From: the human T2T-CHM13v2.0 reference genome, Homo sapiens
DNA: 64,000 bases
Strand: one strand, 5' to 3'
Assembly (NCBI RefSeq): GCF_009914755.1
Contig: NC_060930.1
The position numbers and the translations under genes were made by a program. This document shows positions 32,528-52,717 of the stretch, piece after piece. The notes under the pieces are model-generated. The model searched no databases, was not told the DNA's origin, and saw nothing but the letters and a program-made list of their open reading frames with translations. Within the stretch, counting starts at the first letter, position 1; every line of letters starts with the position of its first letter.

Positions 32528-33244
32528 TAAACTTTTGTACAGAGATGCAAGGGGCGTGGGATGGGTCTCACTATGTTGCCTAGGCTGGTCTTGAACTCCT
32601 GGGCTCAGGTGATCCTCCCACATCGGCCTCCAAAAGTGGGATTATAGGTGTGAGCCACTGTACCCGGCCTAAATGACTATCTCTAAAGCAGCCAAAGTTG
32701 TGAACCAGTGACTCTGAGGAACCTATGAACACCAAGGGAAGCCAGGGTTTAGGTCCCCAGCGACCCTAGGGACCTCCTCAGGTTGGAAAACAGTAAACTG
32801 TGGTTTCTAAAGATTTTCAAGTTTCAGTCCCTTGCCTTTTGAGATTCCTGGGTCTTTTATAAAATCTCTGGTGTCACAGCAGGGGTGGAGGGAGACCTAG
32901 AGGAGTAGTGCCCTCTGTGGCCAGCACTGCAGCCAGGAGATTTCTCTATTTCCTGGGCTCTGGGGATAGGGCGGAGGATACCAGTTCATGGCCCCGGTAC
33001 AGCAATGCACTGACTGTAAGAACACTAAAACAGACATTCCTCAAGAGACACCCTGGGCCTCACCTCTTCCCCCATCTCCTGGCACCACACCTAAAATAGG
33101 TTCCTAATCCTGTAGAACATTATCTCTTCCCACTCATCCAGAAACCCCTTCAAAAGAGCCATCTGTGCTGCAATCTTCATTTGTAGCTCGCACGGCATAT
33201 GTGAGTTTGCGGATGTAGGTAGATGGCTACTGATACATCCCCGG

Positions 33245-33268
33245 ACACACACACACACACACACACAC
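33245..33268. repeat. (AC)12 microsatellite
   Basis: Direct reading. Confidence 0.95.
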
Positions 33269-34040
33269 TCTTGACGCCATGGGCTGAAGGGCTGTTTTCT
33301 CCTCTAAATGGCACCTGCTCCTCTCCACATGGGATGTCCCCTCCCCTTCGGTGGGCCACCTCTTTTCCTATTGTGGTTTGGTGCAGCTCCTCTGACCTCA
33401 CCTTCCCAGTGCTGCTGTGATTATTTTCCTGAATTATTTGATTATGACCAGTGTCAAAGTGAAAACAGAGTCCAGGGAATGTCACATATTTATAGCCTGT
33501 TGGATCTGTTGCTTTGGGCCTCACTCTTGAGGAGATGATCCACATTGCTGTGGAGGTGGTCTATACTGGAGGCCATCACGTTGCTGTCAATGTCTATGCT
33601 CAAGGTATAAACCTCTGAGCATTTATCCTACTTCTTGGATTCTTTTTAACTGTCTTTTCTTTTGAGACATATGATAATAATAATTATTATTATCACCCAG
33701 GCTGGAGTGCAATGGCATGATCTCGGCTCACTGCAACCCTACCTCCCGGGTTCAAGCAATTCTCCTGTCTCAGCCTCCCAAGTAGCTGGGATTACAGGCA
33801 CCCACCACCACACCCAGCTAATTTTATTTTTTGTATTTTTTTAGTAGAGGGATTTCGCCATGTTGGCCAGGCTGGTCTTGAACTCCTGACCTCAGGTGAT
33901 CCACCCGCCTTGGCCTCCCAAATGTTGGGATTACAGGCATGAGCCACCATGCCAGGCCACAATTATTATTATTATTATTTTGTTATTATTATTATTATTA
34001 TTTTCGGAGGCAGAGTCTTGCTCTGTCGCCCAGGCTGTAG

Positions 34041-34202
<162 letters not shown>

Positions 34203-34395
34203 TGATCTCGAACTCCTGAGCTCAGGCGATCTGCCCGCCTCGGCCTCCCAAAGTGCTGGGATTACAGGCGTGAGCCACCGTGCCCAGCCTAAAATTTATC
34301 TGTAAACATTTAATTATAAACTAAAATCGGATACGAGAAACTACAAAAAACAAAGATACAGCTTAGTGAACTTTTTTTTATTTTTTATTTTTTGA

Positions 34396-34931
<536 letters not shown>

Positions 34932-35442
34932 TGACCTCAGGTGATCTGGCCCCCTTGGCCTTCCAAAGTGCTGGGAGTGCATGTGTCAGCCACCATGCCC
35001 ATCCAGCTTAGTGAACTTTTATAAGGCAGACACCCTTGTAATCACCACCCAAGTCAAGAACTAGAACCTTGACATCCCCCGCACTCTCCCCCCATAGAAG
35101 CCCTTCCGTACCACATCCCAAGTGTAGTCCCTGGCTCCCTCCAACTGAGCCCACCATCCCGACTCATAGGACTCGCTTCCAGCGGGGTTCCTCATCCAAG
35201 AGTGCATCTCTAGACACCATACTTCAGTCTTACCCATTTAAAAAAACAACTTTCTTCAGGTATAATTTACATCTAATAAAATCTATCCATTTTAAGGACA
35301 CAATTTTGATGAGTTTGACAGGTGTAGACAATCATGTAACAACCAATCCTGATACAAGAACATTTCTATCACTCCCAAAATTCCCTTGTACCCCTTTATA
35401 CCTGCTCCCCTTCCCCTAGTCCTGGGCCCAGGCAACCACTAA

Positions 35443-35813
<371 letters not shown>

Positions 35814-36401
35814 TGAGCTGCCCACCTCGGCCTCCTAAAGTGCTGGGATTAAAGGCATGAGCCACCGCGCCCAGCCTGCCTTCCTTTTTATTGCCAGGAA
35901 GTATTCCACTGAATGAATATACCAAAATAGTTTATGCATTCTTCCTCGATGGACATTTGAGTTGTTATCAGTTTTTGGCTATCACCAATAAAGCTGCTAG
36001 AAGCATCAGGTTACAGGCTTCTGTATGGACATATGCTTGGGGGTGGACATACACTTGGGTAAATAAATACCTAGGAGTGGATTGCTAGGCTTTATGGGAG
36101 GTATGTGTTAAAATTTATACAAAACTGTCAAACTGTTTTCCAAAATGGCTGTGTATTCAGGAAAAACTCTCAAACTGAGTATTTCTTCCCCTCTTGGGCC
36201 AATACAACAATCAACATAGAAGACTTCCATGATCCCAACACATATGGGGGCTTCTCACCAGCAAGCAAGTTATCAATTCTGCAGCACACACCAACTGGGC
36301 ACCAATTCCCACACTATCTACCTGGAGTTAGTGTCAGATTCCACAGACTTGGAGCTTTGGAGCTCAGTCCCCAACACTGCCCCTGCCACCCCCCCAGATA
36401 C

Positions 36402-37441
36402 TATGTCTGGAATTAGTGGGTTCTTGGTCTCACTGACTTCAAGAACGAAGCCACAGACCCTCATGGTGAGTGTTACAATTCTTAAGGCAGTGCGTCTGGA
36501 GTTGTTCCTTCTTGGTCTCACTGACTTCAAGAATGAAGCTGCACACCCTTGCGGTGAGTGTTACAGTTCTTAAAGACAGTGTGTCTGGAGCTTGTTCCTT
36601 CCAATGTTCAGATGTGTTGAGTTTTTTCTTTCTGGTGGGTTCTTGGTCTACACTGGCTTCAGCAGTGAAGCTGCAGAGCTTCGTGGCGTTACAGCTCATA
36701 AACGCAGCCCAGACCCAAAGAGTAAGCAGCTGCAAGATTTACTGCAAACAAGGAAAGAACAAAGCTCCCACAATAATGAATACGACCCAAGCGCCTTGCA
36801 ACTGCTGGCTAAGGCAGCCTGCTTTTATTCGCGTATCAGACCCCACCCACATCCTGCAGATTGGCCCATTTTACAGAGAGCTGATTGGTCCATTTTACAG
36901 AGAGCAGATTGGTCCATTTTACAGAGAGCTGATTGGTCCGTTGTGACAGGATGCTGATTGGTGTATTTATAAACTTTGAGCTAGACACAGAGTGCCTCGG
37001 GCATGGCGGGCTGCAGGTCCCGAGCTTTGCCCCTTCGGGAGGTGGCTGAGGCCTGGCAAGAATTCAAGCAGCACAGTGCTGGGGGACCCGGTGCACCCTC
37101 CGCAGCTGCTGGCCTGGATGCTAAGCCCCTCACTGCCCAGGGCCAGTGGTGCCGCTGGCCAGCCGCTCCGAGTGCGAGGCCCGCAGAACCTGTGCCCACC
37201 CGCCCACCCAGAATTCGCGCTGGCCCGCGAGCCCCGAGCGCAGCCCTGGTTCCCGCCTGTGCCTCTCCCTCCACACCTCCTCGCAGGCGGAGGAAGCCGG
37301 CTCCAGCCTCGGCCAGCCCAGAGAGGGGCTCCCACAGTGCAGCCGCGGGCTGAAGGGCTCCTCAGTTGCAGCCAGAGTGGACGCCGAGGCCTAGGAGGCC
37401 CGGAGGATGAATGAGGGCTGCTAGCACGCTGTCGTCTTTCA
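36402..37441 (-). mobile_element. Solo ERV9 LTR (LTR12C/D-like) with an internal deletion near 36995
   Basis: Minus strand starts TGAAAGACGACAGCGTGCTAGCAGCCCTC; CpG-rich U3; five CCAAT boxes (36860-36961); AATAAA 36829-36824; repeated U5 units; TSD ATAC (36398-36401 / 37442-37445). Confidence 0.9.
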
Positions 37442-37585
37442 ATACCAGTAGCAAGTCTGGGCCTCAGGAACTTCTAACTGGCTTCATGTTGGGGTTCCCA
37501 CAACCCCATCTTTGAGTGCAATTACTTTGCTGAAGCAGCTCACAGAACTCAGGGAAACATTTACTTATGTTTACTGATTTATTAC

Positions 37586-39339
<1,754 letters not shown>

Positions 39340-39373
39340 TTATAAAGGCTATTACAAAAGATACCACTGAAGA

Positions 39374-39961
39374 TGAGAGGTGAAGCCAGCTGGACTTCCT
39401 AGATCGACTGGGGACTTGGAGAACTTTTCCATCTAGCTGGAGGATTGTAAATGCACTAATCAGTGCTCTGTGTCTAGCTAGAGAATTGTAAATGCACCAA
39501 TCAGCACTCTGTGAAAACACACCAATCAGTGCTCTGTGTCTAGCTAAAGGATTGTAAATGCACCAATCAGCACTCTGTGTCTAAAGGATTGTAAACACAC
39601 CAATCAGCACTCTGTAAAATGGACCAATAACTCTGTAAAATGGACCAATGAGCAGGACATGGGTGGGGACAAAGAAGGAAAGAAAAGCTACGCCACCCCC
39701 CCCAGCCTCTGCCAGCCCTGCTTCCGCCCGCCCCCCCCCCCCCCCCCCCCCCGCCCAGCAGCGGCGACCTGCTTGGGTCCCCTTCCACACTGTCACACTG
39801 TGGAAGCTTTGTTCTTTTGCTCTTCACAATGAATCTTGCTGCTGCTCACTCTGGGTCCATGCCACCTGTAAAAGTTGTAACACTCACTGCGAAGGTCCGC
39901 AGCTTCATTCTTGAAGTCAGCAAGACCAAGAACCCACCAGAAGAAACCAACTCCAGACACA
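39374..39961 (+). mobile_element. Solo ERV9 LTR (LTR12F-like), copy 2
   Basis: TGAGAGGTGAAGCCAGCTGGACTT...CTCCAGACACA; six CCAAT boxes; TSD unclear. Confidence 0.87.
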
Positions 39962-40877
39962 GATGCATAGGGCGAGGTATTGGGGGAAGGTGCACAGAGC
40001 TTCTAGGCCCTCCCCAGGTGCAGCACCTTCCAGGAATCTTTACGTGTTCAGCTACCCAGAAGCTCTCTGAACCCTGTCCTCTTGGGTTTTTATAGACAAC
40101 CTTGTTGAAATGAAGGCCTCCAGGGCATAGGGCGGACCCTCTCTGCAATGAGAGTCCTAAATCCTACAGTCAGAAAGGTGGAGGAAGATTAGAGTTCTGC
40201 CTTGGGGCAGGTGAAAGAAGGCAGGAGAAAATCAAAGAGATTCTGTTTCTTAAGGCCTGCTTCTGAGGCCTACAGCACCCAGCATTATTTTTTTTATATA
40301 CATATATTTTTTGAGATGGAGTCTCACTCTGTCACCCAGGCTGGAGTGCAGTGGCGCAATCTCAGCTCACTGCAACCTCCACCTCCTGGGTTCAAGCAAT
40401 TCTCTGCCTCAGCCTCCCGAGTAGCTGGGATTACAGATGCCTGCCACCACACCTGGCTAATTTTTGTATTTTTAGTAGAGATGGGGTTTCACCATGTTGG
40501 CCAGGCTGTTCTTGAACTCCTGACATCATGATCCATCCGCCTCAGCCTCCCAAAGTGCTGGGATTACAGGCGTGAGCCACCGCGCCTGGCCTACAGCACC
40601 CATCGTTATAACAAAAGACTGTAACAAGGGCTGTGGGAGTTACAAACCCAGAACCATGGAGGAAGCCAATGCATATTAACATATATATGTAAAATGACAC
40701 CACACTGTGCCATTGTACATTCTCACCAGCAATATATAAGAGCTCCAGGGCTCGGTGGCTCATACCTGTAATCCAGCACTTTGGGAGGCCGAGGCAGGAG
40801 GATCACCTGAGGTCAAGAGATCAAGACCAGCCTGGCCAACATAGTGAAACCCCGTCTCTACTAAAAATACAAAATTA

Positions 40878-41067
<190 letters not shown>

Positions 41068-41145
41068 TCACGCCTGTAATCCCCGTACTTTGGGAGGCCA
41101 AGGTGGGCGGATCACAAGGTCAGGAAATCCAGACCATCCTGACTA

Positions 41146-41517
<372 letters not shown>

Positions 41518-42003
41518 TCACTTTGTCACCCATGATGGAGTGCAGTGGCATGAACACAGCTCACTGCAGCCTCGACCTCCTGGGGTCAAGCAAACTTCCT
41601 GTCTCAACCCGCCAAGTGGCTGGGTCTACAGGTGCATACCACCACACTCTGCTATTTTTGTATTTTTTGTAGAGAAAGGGTTTTACCACGTTGCCCAGGC
41701 TGGTTTTGAACTCCTGGGCTCAAGCAATCCAACCACCTCGGCCTCCCAAAGTGTTGGGATTACAGGTGTGAGCCACTGCGCCCAGCCTACTCTTCAGTCT
41801 TTTGTCCATTTTAAAAACTGGGCCATTTGTCTTTTTGTTGAGTGTAGGAGTTATTTATATAATCTGGATATCCGTTCTTTTTTCAGATATATGTATTATG
41901 AATATTTTCTGCTACTTTGTGGCTTTTCATCTTCTTGACAGTGTCTTTTGAAGACCAGGGTTTTACATTTTGATCAAGCCTAATTTATTATTATTATTAT
42001 TAA

Positions 42004-42292
<289 letters not shown>

Positions 42293-43421
42293 TTACTATT
42301 TTTTATTATTATAATTTTGTTTTTTTTGAGATAGGGTCTCACTCTGTTGCCCAGGCAGGAGTGCAGTGGCAAAATCACAGCTCACTGCAGCCTCAAATTC
42401 CCAGGGCTCAAGTGATCCTCCCACCTCGGCCTCCTGCCATTGCACTCCAGCTGGGCAATAAGAGCAAAACTCTGTCTCAAACAAAGAAAAAAAAAAAAGG
42501 GATACCTAGTTTTTCCAGCATCATTTGTTGAAAAGACATTGAATTACCACATCGAGTTAGCTTGGCACTTTTGTTGAAAATCAATAGACCACAGACCATG
42601 AATTTGTGAATCTACTTCTTGGACTCCCTTTTCTGTTCCATTGATTTACGGGTCTATCCTTACACGAATAGCACCGTTTCTTTTTTTCTTTTCTTTTTTT
42701 TTTTTTTTTGAGATGGAGTTTTGCTCTTGTTGCCCAGGCTGGAATGCAATGGTGTGATCTCTGCTCACTGCAACCTCCGCCTCCTGGGTTCAAGCTATTT
42801 TTGGCCTCAGCCTCCTGAGTAGCTGGGATTACATGCGCATGCCACCACACCCAGCTAATTTCTGTATTTTTAGTAGAGATGGGGTTTCCCCATGTTGGTC
42901 AGGCTGGTCCCGAACTCCTGAGCTTGTGATCCACCTGCCTTAGCTTCCCAAAGTGCTGGGATTACAGGTGTGAGCCACCGCGTCTGGTCAAATAGCACAG
43001 TTTCTTAACACTAACTTTACAGAAAGTCTTGAAATCAGGTGGTATAAGCCTTCCAACTTTGTTCTTTTTAAGAAATCATGAAATCATTTTGGCTTGCTCA
43101 AAACAAAACAAAAACAAACAAAAACCCAAAGCTTGCTAAGTGTCATTAAAAAACAAAGACTTACAATTGAAGGAAACTAATGAGGAATGACAACTAAATG
43201 CAAAGTGGGATTCCGGATCACATCCTGGAACCAAAAAGGGACATTAGTAAAAAATTCACGAAATTCAAGTAAGTCCTACAGTTTAATTAATCATATTGTT
43301 GGCCAGGAGCAGTGGCTCATGCCTATAATCTCAACACTTTGGGAGGATGAGGGGAGAAGATTGCTAGAGTCCAGGAGTTCAAGACCAGTCTGGGCAACAT
43401 GGTGAAACCCTGTCTCTTTTA

Positions 43422-43967
<546 letters not shown>

Positions 43968-43970
43968 TCA

Positions 43971-44255
<285 letters not shown>

Positions 44256-44498
44256 CTAATACTAAGCAAGCAGGTTGAAAGATATAAGGAAACTCTACTA
44301 TGCTTGCAACTTTTCTCTAACTTAAAAACTAGCTCAGGCTGGGCACAGTGGCTCACACCTGTAATCCCAGCACTTTGGGAGGCCAAGGCGGGTGGATCAC
44401 CTGAGGTCAGGAGTTGGAGACAGCCTGGTTAACAGTCTCTACTGAAAATACAAAAAGTGTCTGGGTGTGGGGTACATGCCTGTAATCCCAGCTGCTCA

Positions 44499-44639
<141 letters not shown>

Positions 44640-44788
44640 TCAAATAAAGTTTTCGAAATTCACAAGGCCGAGCATGCCTGTAAACCCAGCACTTTGTGGG
44701 GCCTGCGTGGAAGGATCTCTTGAGCCCAGGAGTTGGAGACCAGCCTGGGCAAAAGAGCGAGACCCTGTCTGAATTAAAAAAAAAAACA

Positions 44789-45636
<848 letters not shown>

Positions 45637-45943
45637 CTCCTCATTCCCTCCATTCTTTACAACAGATTTGTCAAAGTACCTGGGCTGTATAACCTGTAGA
45701 GTTTCCTATAGTCTGGATTTTGCTAATTGTACACTCCCGGTGCAATTCAGCATGTTCCTCTGTTCTCTGCATTTCTGGTGAATTGGCAGCTGGACACAGA
45801 GATCTGATCAGGCTCAGGTTGGATCCTGTTAGCAACATTTTAGGTGGTGGTGTGTGGTCTTCACGCAGGAGGCACATAGCATCTGTCTTTTGGTGATGTT
45901 AGTGGCTATTGAGACTTAATGCCTACATTAATTAATTAACTAG

Positions 45944-46162
<219 letters not shown>

Positions 46163-48465
46163 TAGCTGACACTAGAGGTGCACACCACCACGCCTGGCTA
46201 AATTGTGTATTTTTAGTAGAGATGGGGTTTCATCATATTGGTCAGGCTGGTCTCGAACTCCTGACCTCAGGTGATCCACCCGCCTCGGCCTCCCAAAATG
46301 CTGGGATTACAGGTATGAGCCTCTGTGCCCAGCCTGTAATATTTTTATAAGATGATGCTTTCCTTCATCTATTATTTAAGTCTAGTTCATATAGGGAAGG
46401 AAGGATAAATGTTTGATTCACTTATTTACCAGTTTTCAAGATAAATATATTGGTGACCAGTTGTTTTTTAACAGCATTGTGAACCCATGGATTTAAACCT
46501 CTTTGATTGATTTGAACTCATTGCAATTCTTGTCCTTATTAAAGCTCACATGGTCTAATGGGAGCCTCTTCAAACTGGCTTCTGAGTCTTTTTGACATTA
46601 TCCTATTAGTCTTTGAGAGCTGCCTTGCAAGCTGGTATGTAAAGGTGATCCTGCTCTAGACTTGAAGCAAAGCATTTTGCCAAGAAGCCCTGATTGTTTT
46701 TTTTTCTTAAGAGATGGGATCTTGCTCTGTTGCCCAGGCTTTAGGACATTATAGCTCACTGCAAACTTGAACTCCTGGCTTCAAGCAATCCTCTCACCTG
46801 GGCCTCCCAAAGTGCTGGGATTACAGGCGTGCCACTGTGCCCAGCCCCCAGTTGAAACAATATTTCAAGACTACAATCCAGGCTCTGAGGATGCTACTGT
46901 CATTGGGTTAGCCTTTTTGGTGGACAAAAGTAGGAAATATAGGCTAGGCGCGGTGGCTCATGCCTGTAATCTCAGCACTTTGGGAGGCCAAGGTGGGAGG
47001 ATCACCTCAAGTCAGGAGTTAGAGACCAGCCTAGTCAACATGGAGAAACCCGTCTCTACGAAAAAAATACAAAAATTAGTGGGGCGTGATGGCGTGCACC
47101 TGTAGTCCCAGCTACTTGGGAGACTGAGGCAGGAGAATCACTTGAACCCCGGGGGGGCAGAGGTTGCAGTGAGCTAAGATCGCACTGTCGCACTCCAGCC
47201 TGGGCGACTCTGTTTCAAAAAAAAAAAAAGTAGGAAATATATATGATGTAATTATTTGGGAGCTCATCTGATATGAGGAAGAAGAGGGAGAGGTTGAAAC
47301 CGAGAGGCAATAAATAACTGACACATCCACTGTTTTCTGGCCTTTCTGGCCTGCGTTTCTATGGTCCCCGTTCTGCTACTTAATTTTATTCCATGGCCAG
47401 CGGTTTCTGCCGGGTCCTGTCTGCACAGAACAGGGAGCCCTGGAGGGTCTGTTTCAGGATGTAGAGAAGCTTGATCAACCCCATATGCTGCCTCAGCCCC
47501 TCCAAGCTGCCTGCGCTTGGCTGCACCCAGTTTCAGCTGCTCTTCTCAAACTCGCTGCCCAGCTTTCTCCTGAATGTCTGCTGCCTATTTTAGGATCCTC
47601 CTGTTTTCAGGTCCACCTGATGCTACCCTGGTTGCCTCCCTCTCCTTCCTCCCCCACAAGTCTTGTGACTGTCAGTGTTTTGTCCTCATTCACTCATATT
47701 TTAGGCTTTGCGGACATAGCTTGTCACCAGTTGTGTTATAAACCTTGTCCAGTGGTTTCTGGAGATGGCTAGGCTCATTCACTCAGCTGGTCATTGGGTT
47801 AGGCTGGAAGGGCCACAAAAACTTCACTCAGCTTTCCCTGTCATGCAGTAATCTGAGCTTTTTAAAAGCATGGCGGTGGCTTTCCCTGAAAGCACAAAAG
47901 CAGAAGCTTCTAGGTTTCCTAAAAGTCAGGCGGTCACTCCCACTGCCTTCTGGTACTGAGAGCAAGTGGCAAGACCAGCCCAGAGTCAAGGGCAGGGACA
48001 CAGACTCCGCCTCCCAGTGGGAGGAGCCGCAGGTGCACATAGGCAGAAAGGGGTGTATAGTGTCATCTTCAGAGATGCCAGCTCAGCCTTGTCTGACCCA
48101 GAGCCCAAGCAGGTGCCATCCCTTAGGAAGCTTGCTGCAGGCCAAATGAATACTATACCTTAGCTGTTGCTAAGGGGTGGGGCGAGGGAGGGAAAGGATT
48201 CCTGGTGTGTCCACTACGGGATTCCACGTAGGTATGGAGTTTCCACCTGGGGCTATAGGGAGCACAGGGGTTGGCACAGGACTGGCAATGTGGAAAGGAA
48301 TTAACTCCCATCTTTCCTCTCCACCCTTGTCTCTTGCAGGCTCTCCCAGGGCTGGCAGGGCATACGGCCCTATCGGTGGTAAGTCAAGCCGGGAGCCCTG
48401 CCAGGGAGGGCCAGATGGAGAAGGAGGAAAGCACAACTCAGCCCTGTGGCCGGCACCATAAATAA

Positions 48466-48860
<395 letters not shown>

Positions 48861-49494
48861 TGGCCTGAAAGTCTTAATCTGCTTGGCATAATGGCTCCCT
48901 GCAGCCTGCGGTGGGAAGGCAGATAATGTGACGTATCAAGGCCACTCCAAAAGCCATTCTTTTATTCCCTCCTGGCTGGGGGGAGGTGCATGGGTGCACG
49001 TGGGGAAGAGCCATCGCCTGGGGACTTGACATTCTGATGGACCGAAGGGCAGGCATTTTCCTCTCTGATGCCTCAGCTCTTTTTCTGGGGCTGGCTAGGA
49101 GCACTGGCAAGGCTGATGCCATATGGCGGTTCCACTTCCTCAGCCATGGAACTGGATCTTTGCAAATTGGAGAGCAGGCGCTGAGCCTCACTCCTGCTGT
49201 CTTCTGTGCCTGACTGTCTCCCTTCAAGGTGGAGATTTGACTTTCTGCCTCAGGTCAAATTCCACAGGCTGTCCCTTTTATCCTTAGGAAGCAGAAACAG
49301 GGAGTTGCACCTGCCAGAACTCCCCAGATATTTTTGCTGTCAGGCTCCCAGTGAGCCAGAGCGGATCAGAGGGCGCAAAGATGAGAGAGGATGAGGGAGG
49401 AAGTCAAGAGCTCTGTGCTGCTGGCATCTTGTAGTCCCCGTTCTCCCTGTATTCGGTGTCACTGCATTTTTTTGAACAGGAAAACATTTTAGAG

Positions 49495-49660
49495 CTCTGA
49501 TTGTCAAAGTGTAGCCTGGGTCCCATCTGAGAATCACCTGGGGGAAACTTTAAAAAATGGCAGGTTCCTGGGCTTCTCCAAGACCTGATAAATCCTAATC
49601 CCTAGAGAAGAGGCGCGCTGGAAGCTGCATTTTAAACAAGCCCTCTGGCGATTCCTTAAC
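49495..49660. mobile_element. MER5A-like hAT-Charlie DNA transposon remnant
   Basis: GAATCACCTGGGGG...CTGCATTTTAAACAAGCCCTCTGGCGATTC. Confidence 0.6.
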
Positions 49661-49863
49661 CTTTCTTGTCTTTGATGGCATTAAGAAAATGAGCTCCAAA
49701 ACCAAACTGCCTAGCACGCAAACCAGCCTAGAAAAGCAACTAGTGTGGCCGGGTGGCTCATGCCTATAATCCCAGCCCTTTGGGAGGCCGAGGCAGGAGG
49801 ATTGCTCAAGTCCAGGAGTTTGAGCCAAACCTGGGCAACATACAGAGGTCCCTGTCTCCATTA

Positions 49864-50395
<532 letters not shown>

Positions 50396-51536
50396 TCACT
50401 TGAACCCAGGAGGCGGAGTTCGTAATGAGCCTCGATGGTGCCATTGCACTCCAGCCTGTGTGACAAGAGCAAAACTTCGTCTCAAGAACAAAACAAAAAA
50501 ATTAATTAATTAATTAATAAGTTTTATATATATTTTAAAAAGAAAAGCAACTTGTTCTTTCTGTGTGTCAATTTTCTCATCTACACAATGGGGATGATAA
50601 CAGCACTTACCCACAGTGTAGTAAGGGTTAAATGTAGATAACAATCATATATTATCATTATAATGATCAAGCACTTTGTTTTGTCCAAAGGCGGAAGGAG
50701 GAGGCCAGGAGAGGGGCTGTGCCCATCTAAGTTCTCTCATCAATGTGGTGCCAGAGTCAGAGGAGGGTCCAGACCCAGGTCAGGTGCCCAGCTCACCTGC
50801 CATGTATGCTGTCCTGGGCCTCAGTCCCTCAGAGCCCAGCCTGGACTGGGTGGTGACAATGACAAACTGCAGAAAGACACAAACTGAACTCACTTGCCTT
50901 TCCCCAGGATGTTTCCAAAGTAACCCTGCATTAGCCCATTTCCCTGGCAGACAGAGCAAGGGCTTACTTTAGGAAAGTCGGGGACACTGGCAGTGGGACT
51001 GGAGGTGCTGTGGGTATGTTGCCTGATGTCCTGGCTACTAGGGATGGTGTCAGCAGCATGGGATGGCACTGGTACAGAAGTATATGGAGCACAGCCTTCT
51101 GGGAGGCTCCCTGGTCCTGTGGAATAACTGTACAAACAAATGCAACCTAAGGAAAGTTTAGCATAACACTAAGAACAATAACAGAACAGGTTGCCTGTGT
51201 ATTATATGCCAGCTCTGTTATGGTTATAATCCCATTTTACAGATGGTGAAACTGAGACACAAAGAATTTAACCAATTCACACCAAGCCATAAAGCTGGTA
51301 AAGTGCAATAAGCCTGGGCGGCATCCTGAGGCCTGGGTTTGGTTCCATCTTTACCTTGAGTAGGGGTGCAGTGAGGTCTATTGGAATGGCCTGTGTCCAA
51401 ACCCCAGCTATGTTACTCACCACCTGTGTGACCTTGGGAAAGCCACTTAGCTTCCCTGAGCCTTGGTTTCTCCATCTGTTAGATGGAAATAACCATTACC
51501 TTGCAAGGCTGATGCAAGAGTTAGAGTCTAGCAGGG

Positions 51537-52018
51537 TGTATTAATTTCCTACTGCTGCTACAATAATTACCACAAATTTAGTGGCTAGAAACAGCATACA
51601 TTCGTTCTCCTACAGTTCTGGAGGACAGACATCCAAAATAAGTCCTACAGGGCTAAAATCAAGGCGTCAGCAGGGCTGGCTCCTTCTGACAGCTCCAGGG
51701 AAGAATCTGTTCTTTGCACTTTCTGGCTTCTACAGGCCTCTTGCATTCCTTGGGCACAGGCCACATCACTCCAATCTCTGCTTCTGTTGTCACATTGCCA
51801 TACTCTCTTCTGTACTCAATCTCCCCCTGCACCCTTTATGAGGACACTTGTGATTACACTTGTGATTACACTACCCCGATAATCTGGGATAATCCCCATA
51901 TCAAAATCCTTCACTTAATCACGTATGGAAAAATTTTTTACCATGCAACATAACATATTCACAGGTTCTGGGGATTCGGACATGAACATCTTTGGGGGTC
52001 ACCATCTGGCCCACTGCA
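51537..52018 (-). mobile_element. MLT1C/D-like MaLR solo LTR
   Basis: TGTATTAATTTCCT...TACCACAAATTTAGTGGCT...CCCACTGCA; near 5-bp TSD CAGGG/CAGGA. Confidence 0.75.
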
Positions 52019-52534
52019 CAGGAACTAACAAAAAGGAAGGTGAAACGGGTGGTCATTTTATATTCTAGCCTCAGGTCACTGCCAACTAGTATTGATTCTG
52101 GGCAAGGCATTTTACTTCCCTGAGTCTTGGCATCCTCCTCTGTAAAGTAGGGGCAATGATAGAGGCTGTCAAATGAGGGAACTGCAATCAGAGGTGAAGA
52201 TGGCCGATGGATATTTTTTGCATGAGTTTGGGGAATGATGCTTAGACTCTGAGGTTCCTGTGCTTCTTAGTATATCCCCCTGGATGGAGGAGGGGAGGCC
52301 TCGGGAGGGAGGCTCACTCCACAGCATGGAGGAATGGGGTGGGAACAGGGTGAATCAGAGGCCCCACTTCTGGAGGTGCATCTGGAGTGGTGGACACTGT
52401 CATTGCAAGCCTGCTCCTGGTGCTTGTGATGGGAGCACAGTCAAGCACAGTGGGGTCTGATGGGTCTGGGAACTTAGCCACAGCACACCTCTGGTCTGGC
52501 TTGTTTTTTTTTGTTGTTGTTTTGTCTTTTTTAG

Positions 52535-52717
<183 letters not shown>

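Noticed and set aside
36856-36965. 24-bp periodic repeats resembling a CRISPR-like or novel array (also 38620-38815 and 39440-39650)
   Set aside because: These are the normal CCAAT-containing tandem units of LTR12 U3; there are no unique spacers.
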